DNA of 64,000 nucleotides from Bacteroidales bacterium UBA2714 (GTDB lineage Bacteria; Bacteroidota; Bacteroidia; Bacteroidales; P3): NCBI GenBank assembly GCA_002354035.1, contig DEKU01000020.1, positions 51,205 to 115,204 of the forward strand, read 5' to 3'. Shown piece by piece: positions 61,336 to 64,000 of this stretch (position 1 is its first letter; each line of letters starts with the position of its first letter). The notes under the pieces were generated by a model. It saw only the letters and a program-made list of their open reading frames with translations, ran no database searches and was not told where the DNA came from. The position numbers and the translations under genes were made by a program.

Positions 61336-64000
61336 ATGTTGGATACAAAGAACTACTCGCTCGAAAAGCATCTGGAAGCATTGTGTGCTGCCGATGCCGA
61401 TTACACCCTGTTGCTCGACGCGTGGCGGTTGAACAAAAAAAATCTTCCCAATGCGTTGAGTACGATTGCTTCGTATTTCCCGAACTATAGTCGGCACGAC
61501 GACAGCCATTCCATGACCCTGCTGGATAATATCCAGCGGCTGTTGGGGCGAGACAGAGTGGAGCGGCTTGGCCCTACCGATACATTCCTGCTATTGATGG
61601 GAGGATTGACGCACGACCTTGGCATGTATATGTCCTACACCTTTTTGGAGGAGGAGTGGGATAAGCCGGGGATGGTGGATTTGTTGAGGACATACACGGC
61701 CAGTGCCGACAAGCAGATTGCTGCTGCGGCCAACTTGCTGTTGAAGCACAGACATTGTCCTAAAGAGCCGACAAAAAACTTCAAATGGGCATTGGAGTTG
61801 CGCAATGCTGTCACCCTGATTATTGCGCAGCAGATGCGCGGGGGGCATGGCGACAGGAGCAAGGACTATCTGAACCGAAAGGACAACCTGTTTGCCAAGA
61901 TGGCACACGATTTCTACTGCGATGCCTTCCCGAAGCGGTATTTGTCGTTGCTGGCAGATGTGGCACACCTGCACGGCGCCGATTTCAAGGAGTTGATGTC
62001 GTTGCTCCCTCTGGAGGATGACGGATTGCGGGGCGACAAGGTGCATCCGCGTTTTATAGCTTGCATGATACGATTGGGCGATTTGCTCGATGTGGACAGC
62101 AATCGCTTCAACTCTTTCACGATGGCTACGTTGAAAGAGGTACCGGAATCCTCCATGGCGCATTTCGACAAGCACCAGTCCGTGAAACATCTGCTTATCT
62201 CGCCCAACGGGATAGAGGCAGAGCTGGACTGCCCCACGGATGCCTCATACCGCGTGGCCCGCGAGCTGTTCGACATGTTGGAGACAGAGGTGGAGAAACA
62301 GAGCCAAAACTGGAACCGCATAGCCCCTGGAGATTTGGGTGGCCTCCCCCCGGTGCTGCATAGCGATAAGATAAATATCTACTACAATGGGACGAAGACG
62401 CGCCCCGAGTTGCGGAATCTCCGTTTCGACATATCAAGCAAACGCACCTTCGAGATGTTGAAGGGGGGTGCTATTTATAGGAATCCTGGCCGGGTGTTTA
62501 TCCGCGAGATTGTGCAAAACGCCTTGGATGCCACCAAATTGCAGATATGGAAGGACATGGATTACTACTTCCCATACCATCTGACCAACCCAGAACGTGA
62601 CATTAAATCGGGTGCAGACATCAAGTTTGTGAGCGACGTACCGAAGTCTATCTATAATCGCTATCCGATAAATCTTAAAGTGGAATATGATGAGGAGAAG
62701 CAGGTGGTGCGGGTGATATGCGAGGATTGGGGGACAGGCATTTCGGAGGAGAGCCTGATAAGGATGACCAGTCAGGTGGGGGCCAGTCGCAAGGCAGACC
62801 AGAACTATAAGTCCATGGTAAATGAGATGCCGTATTTCCTGCAGCCGACTGCAGCATTCGGCTTGGGGCTGCAGACGGTCTTCTATGTTGCGAACGAGTT
62901 CATGGTCGACACCCATTATCCCGGAGAGCCGACCCGGAGGATTGTTTTCCGCTCCTCGGTGGATGGCAGTTTCTGCTCCATCGAGGAGGAGAATATCGGC
63001 TTCAAGCGTCAGACTGGGGACCCAGACCAGACGAAGGATGTTGCCCACGGCACAACAGTCACCATCGAGATTGACATGGAACATTTCGGAGAGCTGTTTG
63101 AAATAGACGGGGAGGAACTTGAAGGATTAAAGAAAAATATGGAAAGTGTTCCCTATTATATAGTAGGTAAAGTGGAACAGTATATTAACAATACTTTTGA
63201 ACATGTTGAAAGTGTACCTATTCATTATACCTCGGCGTATCAGACAAAGGTGTTTGGTAAAGAGGGAAAGGATGATACATACGAAACATTTGTGGAGGAG
63301 GAGCATTTCAGAGTAGGTTGGAATAAGGATGATGAGGGAGTTCTGATTTTCAATATCGAAGAGAATAGGTTCGGCTCTGAGGTGGTGGTATCTTTTGAAT
63401 CGGATGACGATGATGATCATCAATATCTTCTCTTTCGGGATATACCAATAACGAGTCATCTTTTTGGCACATTTGAAAGAAAGTGGAGTCTATTTTGTAG
63501 GCAAGCGGACAAGTTTGTGACAATCTCGCGTGATAATCTGCTTCCACAAGGTGAGGATTGGTGTCAAAAAACATGGGAGGTGTTGCGTCCTGATGTTCTA
63601 AGGTTGGTATACTCAAAACTATTTGAAGCATGCAAGAATGCCTGTGAAAACAATGATGAAAAAAAACATTATCTCCAAAAGCAGTATTATAACTTTTGTA
63701 TAGTGAATTGGTCTTTGCCAAATCCACAAAATGTGGATTACCATCCTTTAGATGATTATGAATTGGATAAAGAGGATTTCTTCAAAGTAAATGGCGATAC
63801 TATAACGGCTAAACAGTTGTTTGAAACAAAGTCAGCAATGGTATATGACCGACGGATTGTTTTCAAAACAAAAGGTTTTTATTTGGTTGACAGGTCAAAG
63901 GTACTAAATGATTTTAAAAATAATACATCGCTATCTGAAGATATGGTGTGTTGTGAGTCTAAGGTGTTTCCTGAAAGTTTTGTTTGTAGTAGGATTATTG
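61336..64000 (+). CDS. HD-domain + Hsp90-like GHKL ATPase protein (888+ codons, C-terminus off the right edge)
   Basis: Absent from the ORF track because it is open at the window edge. I read the frame from ATG 61336 to 64000 codon by codon without a stop. HD motifs: SRHDDSH (aa 52-58), LTHDLGM (aa 91-97), ADVAHLHG, RLGDLLD. GHKL motifs: YRNPGRVFIREIVQNALDA (N-box, aa ~381-399), EDWGTGIS (G1), FGLGLQTVF (G2). Confidence 0.75.
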   Translation, partial: MLDTKNYSLEKHLEALCAADADYTLLLDAWRLNKKNLPNALSTIASYFPNYSRHDDSHSMTLLDNIQRLLGRDRVERLGPTDTFLLLMGGLTHDLGMYMSYTFLEEEWDKPGMVDLLRTYTASADKQIAAAANLLLKHRHCPKEPTKNFKWALELRNAVTLIIAQQMRGGHGDRSKDYLNRKDNLFAKMAHDFYCDAFPKRYLSLLADVAHLHGADFKELMSLLPLEDDGLRGDKVHPRFIACMIRLGDLLDVDSNRFNSFTMATLKEVPESSMAHFDKHQSVKHLLISPNGIEAELDCPTDASYRVARELFDMLETEVEKQSQNWNRIAPGDLGGLPPVLHSDKINIYYNGTKTRPELRNLRFDISSKRTFEMLKGGAIYRNPGRVFIREIVQNALDATKLQIWKDMDYYFPYHLTNPERDIKSGADIKFVSDVPKSIYNRYPINLKVEYDEEKQVVRVICEDWGTGISEESLIRMTSQVGASRKADQNYKSMVNEMPYFLQPTAAFGLGLQTVFYVANEFMVDTHYPGEPTRRIVFRSSVDGSFCSIEEENIGFKRQTGDPDQTKDVAHGTTVTIEIDMEHFGELFEIDGEELEGLKKNMESVPYYIVGKVEQYINNTFEHVESVPIHYTSAYQTKVFGKEGKDDTYETFVEEEHFRVGWNKDDEGVLIFNIEENRFGSEVVVSFESDDDDDHQYLLFRDIPITSHLFGTFERKWSLFCRQADKFVTISRDNLLPQGEDWCQKTWEVLRPDVLRLVYSKLFEACKNACENNDEKKHYLQKQYYNFCIVNWSLPNPQNVDYHPLDDYELDKEDFFKVNGDTITAKQLFETKSAMVYDRRIVFKTKGFYLVDRSKVLNDFKNNTSLSEDMVCCESKVFPESFVCSRII

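Noticed and set aside
63721-63739. Palindrome AATCCACA-aaa-TGTGGATT resembling two converging DnaA-box halves.
   Set aside because: It lies inside the HD-GHKL coding frame, 17 kb from dnaA, and is a single occurrence in AT-rich sequence. It is most likely chance.

Overview
This 64-kb window reads as an origin-proximal chromosomal segment of a GC-rich Bacteroidota (Bacteroidales-type) genome. The taxon call rests on Cys-lipobox lipoproteins, type-A and type-B T9SS C-terminal domains, TAnnTTTG -7 promoter boxes, and housekeeping genes (pheT, glnS, dnaA, serC, serA). About 45 protein-coding genes are supported, mostly on the minus strand. Most long ORFs lying antisense or out of frame to these genes are Gly/Arg/His/Pro-rich high-GC artefacts. 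I recognised no rRNA, tRNA, CRISPR array, transposase, integrase or prophage gene. Two long ORFs are missing from the ORF track because they run off the window edges: pheT (1..1666, minus) and an HD + Hsp90-like ATPase gene (61336..64000, plus). Gene blocks in order: (1) pheT, a GT-C glycosyltransferase and glnS. (2) A tandemly duplicated three-gene module (T9SS C10 cysteine protease, 66-67 aa leaderless protein, GLUG-repeat lipoprotein) bracketed by three small beta-barrel OMP paralogues. (3) MATE, a C69 dipeptidase, an M20 amidohydrolase, and a MurD-like ligase overlapping a PP-loop-like gene (candidate MurD2/MurL pair). (4) A plus-strand four-gene operon: secreted beta-rich protein, S41 peptidase, a degenerate pyruvate-phosphate-dikinase paralogue lacking the PEP/pyruvate barrel, and a PAP2 phosphatase. 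(5) TolC/HlyD/two ABC-2 permeases with no ATPase, followed by a LytS/LytTR two-component pair. (6) A 1100+ aa type-B T9SS cargo protein. (7) dnaA with a candidate oriC spacer, serC-serA, and a yybP-ykoY (Mn2+) riboswitch with terminator in front of a TerC gene. (8) A patatin-Omp85 fusion, an EEP nuclease/phosphatase and a thioredoxin-fold protein. (9) Transporter, ornithine carbamoyltransferase and carbamate kinase. (10) A 1.2-kb non-coding gap followed by the HD-GHKL gene, whose composition changes abruptly to AT-rich inside the ORF. The best novelty candidates are the C10 triad, the PPDK-like/PAP2 operon and the HD-GHKL gene. All family assignments come from motifs read by eye. No database search was run, and start codons are best guesses.
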